Source: an uncultured delta proteobacterium
GTDB taxonomy: Bacteria > Desulfobacterota > Desulfomonilia > Desulfomonilales > Desulfomonilaceae
Assembly: GCA_963789265.1 (NCBI GenBank)
Contig: CAWBKB010000001.1
Span: 1,376,001-1,440,000 of the forward strand
Reading direction: 5' to 3'
Length of the DNA: 64,000 bases
How positions within the stretch are numbered: position 1 is the stretch's first letter; each line of letters opens with the position of its first letter. A model generated the notes under the pieces. The model searched no databases. It had not been told where the DNA came from and worked only from the letters and a program-made list of their open reading frames with translations. This document shows, in pieces, positions 42,977 through 53,519 of this stretch. Position numbers and translations under genes: made by a program.

Positions 42977-43282
42977 TTGAACCGAAACCGTCCCATCATT
43001 CCTAATGATTTAATCGAAGACTTCTGCCGAAAGCATCATATTAGGAAGCTATCTATCTTTGGGTCATATTTGCGAGAAGATTTCGGGCCGGAAAGCGACA
43101 TAGACTTTCTAGTAGAGTTCGATCCGGAGCACATACCTGGTTTGCTGCAGGTTGCGGGCATGGAATTTGAACTTTCCAAAATGCTGGGCAGAAAAGTGGA
43201 TTTGCGGACCGCTCAGGATCTCAGCCGGTATTTTCGCGATGAGGTCGTGGCACAGGCAGAGGTTCAGTATGCGGAAAGATGA
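42977..43282 (+). CDS. Minimal nucleotidyltransferase (MntA-like antitoxin)
   Basis: [27 protein letters not shown] start after AGGAG. Confidence 0.88.
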   Translation: MNRNRPIIPNDLIEDFCRKHHIRKLSIFGSYLREDFGPESDIDFLVEFDPEHIPGLLQVAGMEFELSKMLGRKVDLRTAQDLSRYFRDEVVAQAEVQYAER

Positions 43283-43310
43283 TCTCATCCGGATATGTCA
43301 CATGCTTCTA
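43269..43310 (+). pseudogene. N-terminal remnant of a DUF86/HepT-type HEPN toxin
   Basis: [13 protein letters not shown] overlaps the MNT stop, then similarity is lost; no RX4H motif. Confidence 0.5.
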
Positions 43311-43432
43311 AAGCTATTGCAAATAACTGAACAAAGGCCCTTCGTCGAAAAAAAGATATGCCGGGTAGGCCCCCGGACCTGGGAAAGCAATACACATCTG
43401 AGTTTGTTCTTTATCCTTACCGGAAGCTGAAC

Positions 43433-43768
43433 ATGGCTGAGCTTACTAACCAGGCACTTGAAGAAATGGTCCAAGTCATCGTTGATGCCGCGCATCCCGA
43501 GCAGGTTATTCTTTTTGGGTCTCGATCCCGAGGCGGTTATCTCACTGGCTCAGACGTGGACCTGCTAATAATAGAATCTGACCCCTTTGACAATAACAGA
43601 AGCCGCAAGAAAGAGATGACCAGACTTTGGAAGGCCCTATCCTCCTTTCCCTTTGCCAAGGACATTCTGGTCTATAGCCGCGATGAAGTCGAGTATTGGC
43701 GCCATTCCTTGAACAATGTGGTCGCGAGAGCATTGAGAGAAGGCAAGGTGCTCTATGAGAGACCTTAG
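43433..43768 (+). CDS. Nucleotidyltransferase domain protein
   Basis: ILFGSRSRG....SDVDLLII, EGKVLYE. Confidence 0.88.
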   Translation: MAELTNQALEEMVQVIVDAAHPEQVILFGSRSRGGYLTGSDVDLLIIESDPFDNNRSRKKEMTRLWKALSSFPFAKDILVYSRDEVEYWRHSLNNVVARALREGKVLYERP

Positions 43769-44153
43769 GCAAGCCGGCGTCCTCCTCGAGATGGCCAATA
43801 AAGAATTCAAGGCATTAAAGGGTATGATGAACGCCGAAGTTTTCGATGAAGAAATCTTTGGGTTCCATGCTCAGCAAGCAATTGAAAAATCCCTCAAGGC
43901 CTGGCTCGCGCTTCTCGGCAAAGAATATCCGTTGACTCATGACATTAGCGCACTACTAGATCTTTTGAGAGAAAGCGGAGAAAACGTCTCCCAATACTGG
44001 GATCTCATGGAATACAACGTTTATGCCGTAAGATTTCGGTATGAATCTCTTGAACTTCATGATGAATGTTTGAACCGAGAAACTGCTGTTCAAGCAGTAA
44101 GAAAACTCATAGCAAGCGTTAGGCTAATGCTGGACGGAACAACAGAAGAGTAA
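43755..44153 (+). CDS. HEPN domain protein
   Basis: FHAQQAIEKSLKA, THDI, RY; overlaps the MNT gene. Confidence 0.88.
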   Translation: MRDLRQAGVLLEMANKEFKALKGMMNAEVFDEEIFGFHAQQAIEKSLKAWLALLGKEYPLTHDISALLDLLRESGENVSQYWDLMEYNVYAVRFRYESLELHDECLNRETAVQAVRKLIASVRLMLDGTTEE

Positions 44154-44470
44154 CGAAGCGGAACAGTAAATAAGCATCCGCCCTTCATCCAATTTTTCAG
44201 ACCTCGATGCTGCTAGGCCGCACGCTCATCTCGCGAATCAATTCGTTGCGCCGTGTTCGAATTCCGCTGCGGACATGAAAAATAGTACCCGAAAGATTAT
44301 ATTATTGCCTGTGTCGGACGGAGGGACGAACCTCAAGACAACTAACATCAACAAGCTCATTGAATTGATGGGGATAAGGGCATTATCGTCTCAAGGCGGA
44401 AGAAAGCGGAGTTGTCATGGCAAAAATGTCCTGACTTTTATCCCCCGCGGCGCTGCTCTACTCCCTTGAC

Positions 44471-45556
44471 TCAGTGAAGAATTTGGTGTGATACCAGCCT
44501 GTTGTACAGTTCGTTTGGATGCCCGTCCTTGACCGCATATTTGTGCCAATCAAACCCTCCGAGTTGCTCGTGTTTGACGACCGCGTCTCGGGCCATAATG
44601 TAATCAATATGATTCCTCCGAAAGAGCTCGATCAGAAATTGCACCCGCCAGTCCGGCGGTCTAATCATTCTCTTACTCCATTCAAATATCACGAAGACGT
44701 GGGGTATCTTGCGCCTCTTCAGATCTTTCGACATTTCGAGAAGGATGGCTCTACCAATCGTTTTAATGTTGGTTCTACGTTCTTCCCTGGATTTGAACCA
44801 TGATGCGAGACATTCCGGGAGCAGCCCTCCGTGTATTGCGAGTTCCCACAAATAGCAGAAAATCGTTGGGGGATGACGGTTAAAGAATTCGTCGACGTTA
44901 GAATTGAGGTGAGCATTATGGCATTTGAGCTTGCCTTTTTTCACGGTAAAGAATGGTTTAAGCTCCCAGGTCACGGGAGTGATATTTCTGTCCAAATCAT
45001 AGTTCAAAACGCCTATTACCACGATCGGAGACTTATAATTTGCGATTGTCTTTTTGTATAACAAGTAAACCTGGTCAACTCCGTAACCTCCCACTCCGTA
45101 GTTCACCAAATAGTGTGTGTCCTTGAATTTAGTATTTCGATTTAGTACGTCCTGAAATCACCCACCCCGGCAGGTGGTGCACTCCACAAAAGAATCGCCG
45201 TAGAGCAGGACCGGGGTTCTATTCCCTATGTTTACGTCATCAATATTTGCATAAGCTCTCGAAGCCTTTATTCGTGCGTTTGTCCATCCAAGAAGCTTAT
45301 CGGAAGGTTCCCGGTACTTCCGGCCAAGAAAATGCCGTAGTTTGAAATAGTTGCTGTGCCACTCATTTGCAAAAAGTTCAGGGCGCTTTAGTGTCCGCAT
45401 AAAAGGGGCATCACTGAACAACAATGCTCTGAACAGAACCTCAGCCAACAGGACCGCCAAGAAAGTGGAGAGCACTACTGCGACAAGTGCAAAGATCCAA
45501 TGGAACTTCTTTGTGCGAGGCGGATCCGAGGTGGTCGTTGCGACATCCGATGACAT
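44471..45556 (-). CDS. Membrane-anchored SGNH hydrolase-like protein (frameshift near 45160)
   Basis: N-terminal TM, GDSF, NYGVGGYG, DGHPN distributed over two ORFs. Confidence 0.72.
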
Positions 45557-45876
45557 ATTTCAGATTTTGGCTCCTGAAAATTTCATGCCTTTCACAAGCA
45601 CCGGGGAACTCGGGGGCGTCAGCAAGCGGGCCGAAGGTCGCTGCGGCCCCGAAATCAGTCCGGGCCGCGGCCGGTTTGGCGAGTCATTTGTTGCCTGGCG
45701 TTTCAGTGGTATCAGAATTGCTGTGTGCATTCAACAGTCCAGGTCGAATAGAGGCATCCAGCGAGGCGCGGGATCGTGCGGACGCGGAAAGAAAACAGAA
45801 TTCTCTGCGTTCGTCGTGACCGACTATTGCAAGAATTCTTGGACGTTAGAGATAAGCAGTTACTTCCAGAAATCAT

Positions 45877-45906
45877 TTGACACGCTCAGTCCTTGTCGAG
45901 TAAGCT
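45877..45906 (+). promoter_or_regulatory. Possible sigma70 promoter
   Basis: TTGACA-18 bp-TAAGCT upstream of the sugar transferase. Confidence 0.4.
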
Positions 45907-45972
45907 ACCAAGAATTGAGTTCGACGTTTGAATTGTCTATCATTTTTCTTTTCATGAAGAAGGGGACCGGTT

Positions 45973-47532
45973 TTGGGGTATGTGAAGGCAATTGAAGAAC
46001 CGGAGCCTGCGGTTACCCAACTATTGGAGGGGAAGCCTAGGCTCGCATCTGAGAGGCTTTGGGGCAGCAAGCTTTGGCATCATCGCGCGATAGCGCTTTT
46101 CTTCCTTGACGCCAATATCATCTTTTGGACTTTCCTGGTTGCTTACGTGATACGGTTTCACGTGTGGGCTCCGGGGGCTACCGCTGAAACTCAGATTGTT
46201 CCTCCTCTGATTGAATACGCCAAGGCTTCGGCTTTATTCACGATGTTTTGGTGCGTGTTGTCATGGCACGGCGGTGGTTACTCGACCGGTCTCCATCAGG
46301 TCGTACCCTTTACATTTGGAATTCGTCGGCTCTTCTCCTCGGGGGTGATAGCCCTCAGCCTGTTAATGATGATCTCTTTCGCGTATAGGCCGCTGCTGCT
46401 GTCACGATTGGTCTATTGCTTCGCCTTTGCAGGGGCTGCTTTTCTGCTATCCGCCCTACGGTTCGGGCTTGGTGTTATTGAAAAGAAATTGGCAAAATTC
46501 GGGATTGGCATCCAGAGGACACTCATAGTTGGTAGTGATGGCAATGCAAGAGCTTTCCTGGACCGCTTGGAAAAGTTCGCAAAGAAACCTGGTGAAGTTG
46601 TAGGATTCGTCCATTGCCACAGCGACGAGACCCTGGGAAATCATTGGGACCCGGCGTGCAGGTGTCTTGGGATTGCTGACGAGATTCCACAGATATATGC
46701 AGCGACACCATTCGATCGGTTAGTCATCGCGTCTGAATATCTGATCAACGCGGCTGAATGTGCCCCGAATTCTAATAATAATAAGCTGGTGTCAGTATTG
46801 AATTTTTGTGAGGGGAAGGGCATAGGAGTGTACCTAATCCCCTCTTGTGCCGAAATAATTGTGTCTCGCGCAGAAGCCGGCAGCTTTTTCGGCATGCCTG
46901 TGCTTATGCTGCGTGACGCGGCAATACATCCTGTGTATCGGATCGTGAAACGTCTGATGGACATAATCATGTCGTTGGCAGTCGTTGTTTTGGGTTTGCC
47001 CGTATGGATTGCCGTTGCGATCATTATCAGACTGTCCAGCAAGGGACCGGTGCTCTACTCTCAGGAGCGAGTGGGCCTGCACAGCAAACCATTCACCATG
47101 TACAAATTTCGTTCCATGGTGCATAATGCAGACGAGAAACTCCGACAAATGGTGGACTTCGACAATATCGAGGAACCTGTCTTCAATATACGCAAAGATC
47201 CGCGGGTAACGTTGATCGGAAAGTTTCTCCGACGAACAAGCCTTGACGAGATACCTCAATTTATCAACGTCTTACTGGGATCCATGAGCGTTGTTGGGCC
47301 TCGGCCGGAACGAACCGAACTCGTCGAGAAATACAGCCCTTACCATAGTCGGCGGCTCAAGGCCAAACCCGGTATCACCGGCTATCAGCAGGTGATGAGC
47401 CGTGGAGATCCTTCTTTAGCCAAGAGAATAGAGTACGACTTGTTCTACCTGAAGTATCAAAGCCTATGGCTAGACCTGATAATTCTGTTTAGGACGGTTG
47501 TAGTGGTGTTCAGAGGCGACGGTATGAAATGA
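45973..47532 (+). CDS. Polyprenyl glycosylphosphotransferase (WcaJ/WbaP family)
   Basis: KR.MD, KFRSM, DPRVT, SLDEIPQF.NV, GPRPE, KPGITG; start uncertain. Confidence 0.92.
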   Translation: MGYVKAIEEPEPAVTQLLEGKPRLASERLWGSKLWHHRAIALFFLDANIIFWTFLVAYVIRFHVWAPGATAETQIVPPLIEYAKASALFTMFWCVLSWHGGGYSTGLHQVVPFTFGIRRLFSSGVIALSLLMMISFAYRPLLLSRLVYCFAFAGAAFLLSALRFGLGVIEKKLAKFGIGIQRTLIVGSDGNARAFLDRLEKFAKKPGEVVGFVHCHSDETLGNHWDPACRCLGIADEIPQIYAATPFDRLVIASEYLINAAECAPNSNNNKLVSVLNFCEGKGIGVYLIPSCAEIIVSRAEAGSFFGMPVLMLRDAAIHPVYRIVKRLMDIIMSLAVVVLGLPVWIAVAIIIRLSSKGPVLYSQERVGLHSKPFTMYKFRSMVHNADEKLRQMVDFDNIEEPVFNIRKDPRVTLIGKFLRRTSLDEIPQFINVLLGSMSVVGPRPERTELVEKYSPYHSRRLKAKPGITGYQQVMSRGDPSLAKRIEYDLFYLKYQSLWLDLIILFRTVVVVFRGDGMK

Positions 47533-47534
47533 TA

Positions 47535-47795
47535 CTAATGCGCGGTCAAACAAGTGACAATTTTAGACAGTATGTGGTGGGACAGTCCCGCACGGAACGC
47601 GGCACTGTCTGCCAGTCGGTAGCCCGGCCTTCGATTCGCGGGTAGCGCCGGCGTCTCTGCCGGCGACTCGCGAAGAACCGGCACAGAGGCCGGTCCTACT
47701 GGATGCCCACGTACACGGGCATGACGACATAAAATCCGGTCCATGCGGGACTGTGCCACCAGAAACACAGTGTCACTTGCTCGAAAGCGAATCGG
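47535..47795. mobile_element. TA-flanked MITE-like element carrying nested REPs
   Basis: Imperfect 25-bp TIRs ending CAAGTGACA / TGTCACTTG; TA on both sides; internal GGTGGGACAGTCCCGCA / TGCGGGACTGTGCCACC. Confidence 0.6.
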
Positions 47796-47876
47796 TACAA
47801 AAGGGCGAAAGTAGCGATCATAGAAGCTCTGTGATGAGCTACTCGCAATATTCAGTCGTATGAGTCCCGAGGCTAC

Positions 47877-48941
47877 TCAAGGCGTATCGCGGCCGCGGCA
47901 CTTGGTTAAGATATTCTTGCTTATATAATTCCCTATTTCGTCTGCGGCCAACTTGTTTCCTGCGATGTTCCAGTGAGTGTCCCTGGGTTTGTACAGACGC
48001 TTATCTACAGCAGCCCGTTTGAACGGCTCCAATAAGTCAAGTTGCTTGACATTCATTTTTTCAAGCCAGCGGGCCAGCATCTTGTTGGGCAGAGCAAAGT
48101 CGAACCGATCTTTCCCTCGATTGGACTCGGTCACAACTTCCGATTGAAGCGCAGAGTTAACTTGCACCTCATCGGGGATCATGACTACCAGCAAATCTAT
48201 TCCTCTGGCGTTGCATGTCTCCTTTATCTCGCGCAATTGTGCAATAGCCCAGTCGAATAGGGAATTAAACTTGGCGTAATTCTTGACAAAAATCCTACTT
48301 CTGCCGTTTTCGCAGTGCATAAAAACGGCATTGGTGAGGGTCGGTTTGTCATCCGGATAAACTGCTTTTCCGTGGTAAATTGTACCTTCGAAACCGCTGA
48401 ACAGGTCATAGACAAACTTTATAAACGAAGCAACGTACGAATATGTATAGGTGGGCCTGTCATTTGGCAGAAAATCGTTCCCGATAAAGAAACATACGAT
48501 CACCAGGTCGGGATTATACTCCAACCCTTCATGCACCAGAACGGAGAGATAGTCTTCCGGATCAAGCCACGGAATACCCATATTTATTACCTCCGCCTTG
48601 GTACATTGATTGAGTCGCTTTTGCAATAAGGTCAGGAAGTTGAACCGGTACGGCACAACTCCAAAGGCGAATGAATCCCCAAGCCCAAGAATTCTGTATA
48701 CGTCGGGCTCTCTCTCCTTCTTGCGCTCTACATCCTTAAACCCTTTGGAATTCAGATGAAAATCCCAATCTTCTGCAAACGGCTTGCCACGAAAACGGTT
48801 GTAGGAGTTGTCGTAAAAAATATATGTAGGGTAAATTTGGTGGCAAATTCTCAGGGCTATTTCCGCCAAAAAGAAAGTAATGATGAAAATTATCACTATA
48901 TTAAGTATGAACTTCAGCAGCTTGGAATAATTTCCTGTCAC
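47877..48941 (-). CDS. SGNH / AlgX-AlgJ-like protein
   Basis: N-terminal TM, LGDSF, GND, DTHWN..G. Confidence 0.82.
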   Translation of the reverse strand: MTGNYSKLLKFILNIVIIFIITFFLAEIALRICHQIYPTYIFYDNSYNRFRGKPFAEDWDFHLNSKGFKDVERKKEREPDVYRILGLGDSFAFGVVPYRFNFLTLLQKRLNQCTKAEVINMGIPWLDPEDYLSVLVHEGLEYNPDLVIVCFFIGNDFLPNDRPTYTYSYVASFIKFVYDLFSGFEGTIYHGKAVYPDDKPTLTNAVFMHCENGRSRIFVKNYAKFNSLFDWAIAQLREIKETCNARGIDLLVVMIPDEVQVNSALQSEVVTESNRGKDRFDFALPNKMLARWLEKMNVKQLDLLEPFKRAAVDKRLYKPRDTHWNIAGNKLAADEIGNYISKNILTKCRGRDTP

Positions 48942-49020
48942 CGGCTAGGCTCCTTCCGAATATTTTAAGGGATTTCTCGTGAGACCGAGGTTCTCCGAGA
49001 GAGCGGGGGATACAGGCGTG

Positions 49021-49611
49021 TTACGGGAAAAGTTTGTCTATGTTTTGCCTTACTTCCTCCAACCAGGCTTTGCGTTGTTCTTCAGTGCTCGTGACGATAA
49101 TATTGAACATCGTCCGGTAAGTCTTCGCGACTCCGCAGAGATCGAAAATACAATTCTTCCACAGGATGTCAAGCGGATCGCCAAAGACTTTCTTTTCTCT
49201 CTCAGTTTCGGTATTCGACGTGTTGAATATTGCCGCAACTCTTGCTTTCATCAGGCCATTGGGTATTCCTTCGCCTGCATCGTCTTCCAGAAATTCGTAG
49301 GCGCAACCGGGCCTTATGACTCTGTCAATCCAGCCTTTCAGTATTGCCGGAGGCTGTCCCCACCAGTTCGGGTGTACCACTACTATGCCTTCCGCTTCGG
49401 AAATTTCCCCGCAGTGAACCGCTACTTCTTCCGGCAACTTGGCATCCTTAGATATTTCCTCGGCGGGAAGTATGGGATCGAACTTTTCTTCGTACAAATC
49501 GTGAAAACGGACTTCGTGCGCATTCCGCTTAAGCTGCTCAATAGCGGCTTGCGCTATGGCGTGATTGAAACTCCCCTTTTGAGGATGAGCAAGAATGACC
49601 AATACCTTCAC
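49021..49611 (-). CDS. NAD(P)H:quinone oxidoreductase (flavodoxin-like fold)
   Basis: AHP..GSFN, HDLY, PNWWGQPPAILKGWIDRV. Confidence 0.9.
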   Translation of the reverse strand: MKVLVILAHPQKGSFNHAIAQAAIEQLKRNAHEVRFHDLYEEKFDPILPAEEISKDAKLPEEVAVHCGEISEAEGIVVVHPNWWGQPPAILKGWIDRVIRPGCAYEFLEDDAGEGIPNGLMKARVAAIFNTSNTETEREKKVFGDPLDILWKNCIFDLCGVAKTYRTMFNIIVTSTEEQRKAWLEEVRQNIDKLFP

Positions 49612-49666
49612 AGTGTACTGTGCCTTTCATCCGGAGTTAAATGGATTACAACCGTTCAGCGGGCGA

Positions 49667-50197
49667 TCAAACTCGCAGTATGCCTCTCACCTTTTCGGCA
49701 ATCTCCAGCAAATCGGATTCGTTCGGCCTTCCTTTAATGTTGCCCAGCCGACCGCTCTCGGAAAGGTATGCGAGCCTGCCGTGAAATTCGCCTACTATAA
49801 ACCATTCGCCCAGAATTTCGTATCCAAGATGGTCGAACAATTGGCCCATATATTTTACAGCAGGAACCGCCTCGTTCGTGCCGGTGTGGCCTCCGCCGAA
49901 TGTGCAATAAATGATAGCTTTCTTCCCGGCTCTTCTAGGAGACGCAGGTTTTATCTCACCTGAACGGTATTTCTCCCGTTGTTTTTCTATGAATTCGATT
50001 AAAGGCTTTCCAGGCATCCACGTGTAAACTCCTGACCCCATGAACACGAAATCATAGCCCAGGATTTCAACTTCCGTATCCTTGGTGACCTTGCAAGTCT
50101 CCACCTCATGACCAATCTCAAGCAAGGTATTTTCAATGCGGCTTGCGACTTTTTCGGTGTTTCCCGTGGCTGAGAAATAGAGATTAAGGATTTTCAT
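49667..50197 (-). CDS. Flavodoxin family protein
   Basis: YFSATGNTEKVA, GSGVY. Confidence 0.85.
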   Translation of the reverse strand: MKILNLYFSATGNTEKVASRIENTLLEIGHEVETCKVTKDTEVEILGYDFVFMGSGVYTWMPGKPLIEFIEKQREKYRSGEIKPASPRRAGKKAIIYCTFGGGHTGTNEAVPAVKYMGQLFDHLGYEILGEWFIVGEFHGRLAYLSESGRLGNIKGRPNESDLLEIAEKVRGILRV

Positions 50198-50322
50198 AAA
50201 GGTTTCCTCATATAGAGATTCGGATAAAGATTCCCGGAGTATTGATTGAATGCCTGCCCTATCCCATTGTTGGGTGTATCCAATCGCCGCCCACGGTCAA
50301 TCAGAATCTTCACCGCAGTTTT

Positions 50323-50845
50323 TCACTTGAGCGGCCCCATCGAGAGCTTGACATCATCGATCCAGACTGTGCCGGTTCCGTTGACGACCACGTTCAGCTT
50401 CACATTGTCCGGTTTCTGGCCGCTTTTGAGGAAGAAAGGCGTTTCTACAGTGGTCCATTTGTTGGTGCCGCTGAGGGAGTTTTGCAGTCCACACGAAAAA
50501 GAACTCTCCTTTGCCGGGAAAACTACACCACATCTCCAGATACGCCTGACCTTTGACGTTGTCTGTTCGAAGCTTCGCCTTATAGATTAACCGAGCATTA
50601 TCAACGTCCATAGGTCCGGTTTCAAATAGTCTGACGGTTCTCGGTTCATTAGCGGTTATTTTCACAGAGCCCTGCCTTGTGGTGGAAATGTCCTTGTCTA
50701 TAGTCACATCCGTTTGGGTGATTATCTCGCTTAGGTTGTCTGTAGGAAAACTCTTGAGATCCGCCAAAGGAGCTTGGCTCTTGGAGCAACCAAATATCGT
50801 GACCGCCAATATTAGAACAACTAAAGCCTTCATTCTGTTATTCAC
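50323..50845 (-). CDS. Conserved lipoprotein (frameshift near 50495)
   Basis: Lipobox IFGC; alternative frame continues ..TPFFLKSGQKPDNVKLNVVVNGTGTVWIDDVKL.. to a stop at 50323. Confidence 0.65.
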
Positions 50846-50949
50846 GTCTCGCTCCTATCCGTCCTTTCTCACACGAATCTGAATTCAGTGATGGCTCGCC
50901 GAAGTAAGTCCGACCAGGAGACAACATAGGATTGCTCTGCGTACGACGC

Positions 50950-50990
50950 AAGTTAAATGACCCTCGGCAAAACCGGGGGTCATTTAACTT
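50950..50990. terminator. 18-bp hairpin (terminator or IS200/IS605-like end)
   Basis: AAGTTAAATGACCCTCGG-CAAAA-CCGGGGGTCATTTAACTT. Confidence 0.45.
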
Positions 50991-51137
50991 GGAACCATTT
51001 AACTCCCAAGACCTCAAAAGGCCGACGCATCGTGTTGCGAAAGCTTCTCGGCCAGGTTTGACCCCTGCTCATTTCTCCGGAATTCAGACGTAGCCCAATC
51101 TCAAGACAAGCGGGATCTTTCCCCAAACCAGTACACG

Positions 51138-51671
51138 TCACTTCGCCTCAGGCTTGGCAGGTGCCTGGGGGGGATGAATCTCCTTCTCGAATTCCTTGGT
51201 CATCGTCTGGATTTTCGGCATTAGCCCAGTCATTATTTTCTGGCTCAATTCGAAGGACCGTTTCAAAATCTCCGGTTGCTTTTTTATGAAAGCCTGTCCC
51301 GAGGGCGTTTTGTAAAAGGCAATGATGTCCTTCATTTCTGGTTCGGTGTAAGTTTCCGCATAGAGAGTAATGTACTGGTCTTTCATTTTGTCCCAACTCA
51401 TCCCGTCTCTCACAATGTCCGTGATCTTTTTCATGAAATTCGCCATTTTCGCCTGCAAAGCAGGATCTTTGGACGCGGGATTCATTCTTTGGATTTGTGA
51501 GACGATCATCTGCTGAAACATTGTAAGTGCTCTCTGTTGTGTATCCTTCACGTTGAGCAATTCGAGCAATTCTCCGGCCAGCGCTTGCTTCGACTGATCT
51601 TGCGCGCTTGCCGCCAACCCCGCAGCAACAAACACAATGATAGCTGCCCCAATACATGCTGCTTTCTTCAT
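51138..51671 (-). CDS. DUF2059 family exported protein
   Basis: Signal peptide; YAETYTE.EM..I.AFYKTPSGQ. Confidence 0.85.
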   Translation of the reverse strand: MKKAACIGAAIIVFVAAGLAASAQDQSKQALAGELLELLNVKDTQQRALTMFQQMIVSQIQRMNPASKDPALQAKMANFMKKITDIVRDGMSWDKMKDQYITLYAETYTEPEMKDIIAFYKTPSGQAFIKKQPEILKRSFELSQKIMTGLMPKIQTMTKEFEKEIHPPQAPAKPEAK

Positions 51672-51996
51672 GCCATTCTCCTTTGAACGTCAGACTCAAT
51701 GATCCGATGATTTACCAGGCCCATATAAACGCTCACATTTTAATACGCGGTGGCCTGGATGTGTCCACATTTACGCCGGAATTATGCCGCAATCTTGGTA
51801 TCTTGGACATCCTGGAGACCGGTAAACGGGCGAGAGATTCGCATCTCCAATTCTAATGCCGCTCCCACTATAGCCCAAAAGACGGCAAGAAAACCGTCAC
51901 GTTTCTCAGAAATACACTTTCCGAGATGTTGAGCATATCTCACTGAATACTCGTGGTCAATTAGAATCTTGCGAACGTTTGTGGTCCGTAATCCCT

Positions 51997-52192
51997 CAAT
52001 TACGAGCGGCAAAAGATTGTCATTGCGAGTCCCGCGGGACGCGGGAAAGCAATCTTTTCCTTTTAACGCCGTTTAGATTGCCGGTGGGACGGGCATCTTG
52101 CCCGTCATCCCTAATAGACAGGCTGGAAGCCTGTCCCACCATGAACTCCTCGCAATGACAGGGTGCCAACAACTCTCTCTCGTAACCGAATG
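51997..52192 (-). mobile_element. About 200-bp composite MITE-like repeat, copy 2
   Basis: Reverse complement of 40430-40629 with few differences in the core. Confidence 0.8.
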
Positions 52193-52213
52193 CTTACTGT
52201 GGTCCAATAATTA

Positions 52214-52783
52214 CTATTGACGGAGACTCCCGCCGACCGTTTCCGATAAGTCCTCTAACCATGATATGACGGCTTCAATCGTAACCAATTTGAACTCCAG
52301 AGAACGAGCTTCTATCTGTGTCTTGCACAAATTCTTGGACCTTTTCAACTTTCCGACCTTTTCTCGGCACAAGTGCAATTGTTCGTTGATCAGATTCTTT
52401 TCCGATTCGGGACCGAGTTTTTGGGCAAACCAAAGTTTGGTCAGGAACTCCAGCCTCATATCTCTCGTATGCCGTACCGGGGTGTTTGCCCACTGCTCGA
52501 ACGCCTCATGACCCTCCGGAGTAAGGGAAAAGATGTTCTTTGCGGGCAGGTTTTCTTGCCCAACTCGTTCGTGCAAGACTAGCCCTTCGCGTTCAAGTTT
52601 GGCTAAGAGGGCGTACACCTGACTCTTGCCCAGCCGCCAGATCGACCCTATCCCCTCGCCCAGTCGGCGGCACATGTCGTATCCGTGAAGCGGGCCTCCC
52701 AAGAGAATGCCCAGGACCGGATATTCAGCCGGGTTACGACTTACCGGTGTGGCGGTCTTAGCTTTGTGCAGGCTAGGCATCAT
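52214..52783 (-). CDS. PadR family regulator
   Basis: LG.L...PLHGYD, SQVY.LL.KLE.EGL, LT.EG. Confidence 0.9.
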   Translation of the reverse strand: MMPSLHKAKTATPVSRNPAEYPVLGILLGGPLHGYDMCRRLGEGIGSIWRLGKSQVYALLAKLEREGLVLHERVGQENLPAKNIFSLTPEGHEAFEQWANTPVRHTRDMRLEFLTKLWFAQKLGPESEKNLINEQLHLCREKVGKLKRSKNLCKTQIEARSLEFKLVTIEAVISWLEDLSETVGGSLRQ

Positions 52784-53519
52784 CTAACGAGATACCACAA
52801 TATCTCTTTGTGCGGCAACTCCTAAAACGTTCCTGTCAGTTTGAAAGATCGCCGGAAAAGCTGACCCTTCACCGCACAAGTTGCGAGGGCAGCGCTCATC
52901 GCCAAGCCCACAGAGTTGGCGAGGACGCCAATGCCTCTCTCATTCTGTCACCCAAGGAGGCACTTGTTAGGAGTTCATTTTGTGCACCCGGGCCGTACGG
53001 TAAATGTGACTTCGATATGTCCCTAAGCCACTTGGCGGCGCATCAGATCCTGTCTCCATTGGGCAGGAGATTTGAAGGCAATGGCTGCGGGGCCGCCACT
53101 CTTTCAATCAGTTTCCTTCGCTCACATTTAGTCCCTCTCTGGACAAAACAATAATGTTGAGCCCAGAAATTCTTGGACCCAGGATCGCGAAATCTCGTGA
53201 ACATGGCCATACATGCTTCGAGGTGCTCACAAGTTTCCTCCATCCTCTCCTCCCATCTCCCATCAAAGTCCTGGAGCACGGCAAGATGCATTCCGTTAGG
53301 CAGAAGCGCTCTATCAACACGAACGGCAATGCCTTTGATGTCTGGATGAACCCGCAAAGGGAAGAACTTGCTCATGTAAGGGAAGGCGCCCTATTCAGAG
53401 CAGGTCTCACTGCATATACTTTCCACCTTTGGAATTACTCAGCGGGGCATCACACCGACGTCTCCGGCGCTGAGACCGGGATGGTATACATCGGACCGGA
53501 AACTTATCGGATGCCGCTC

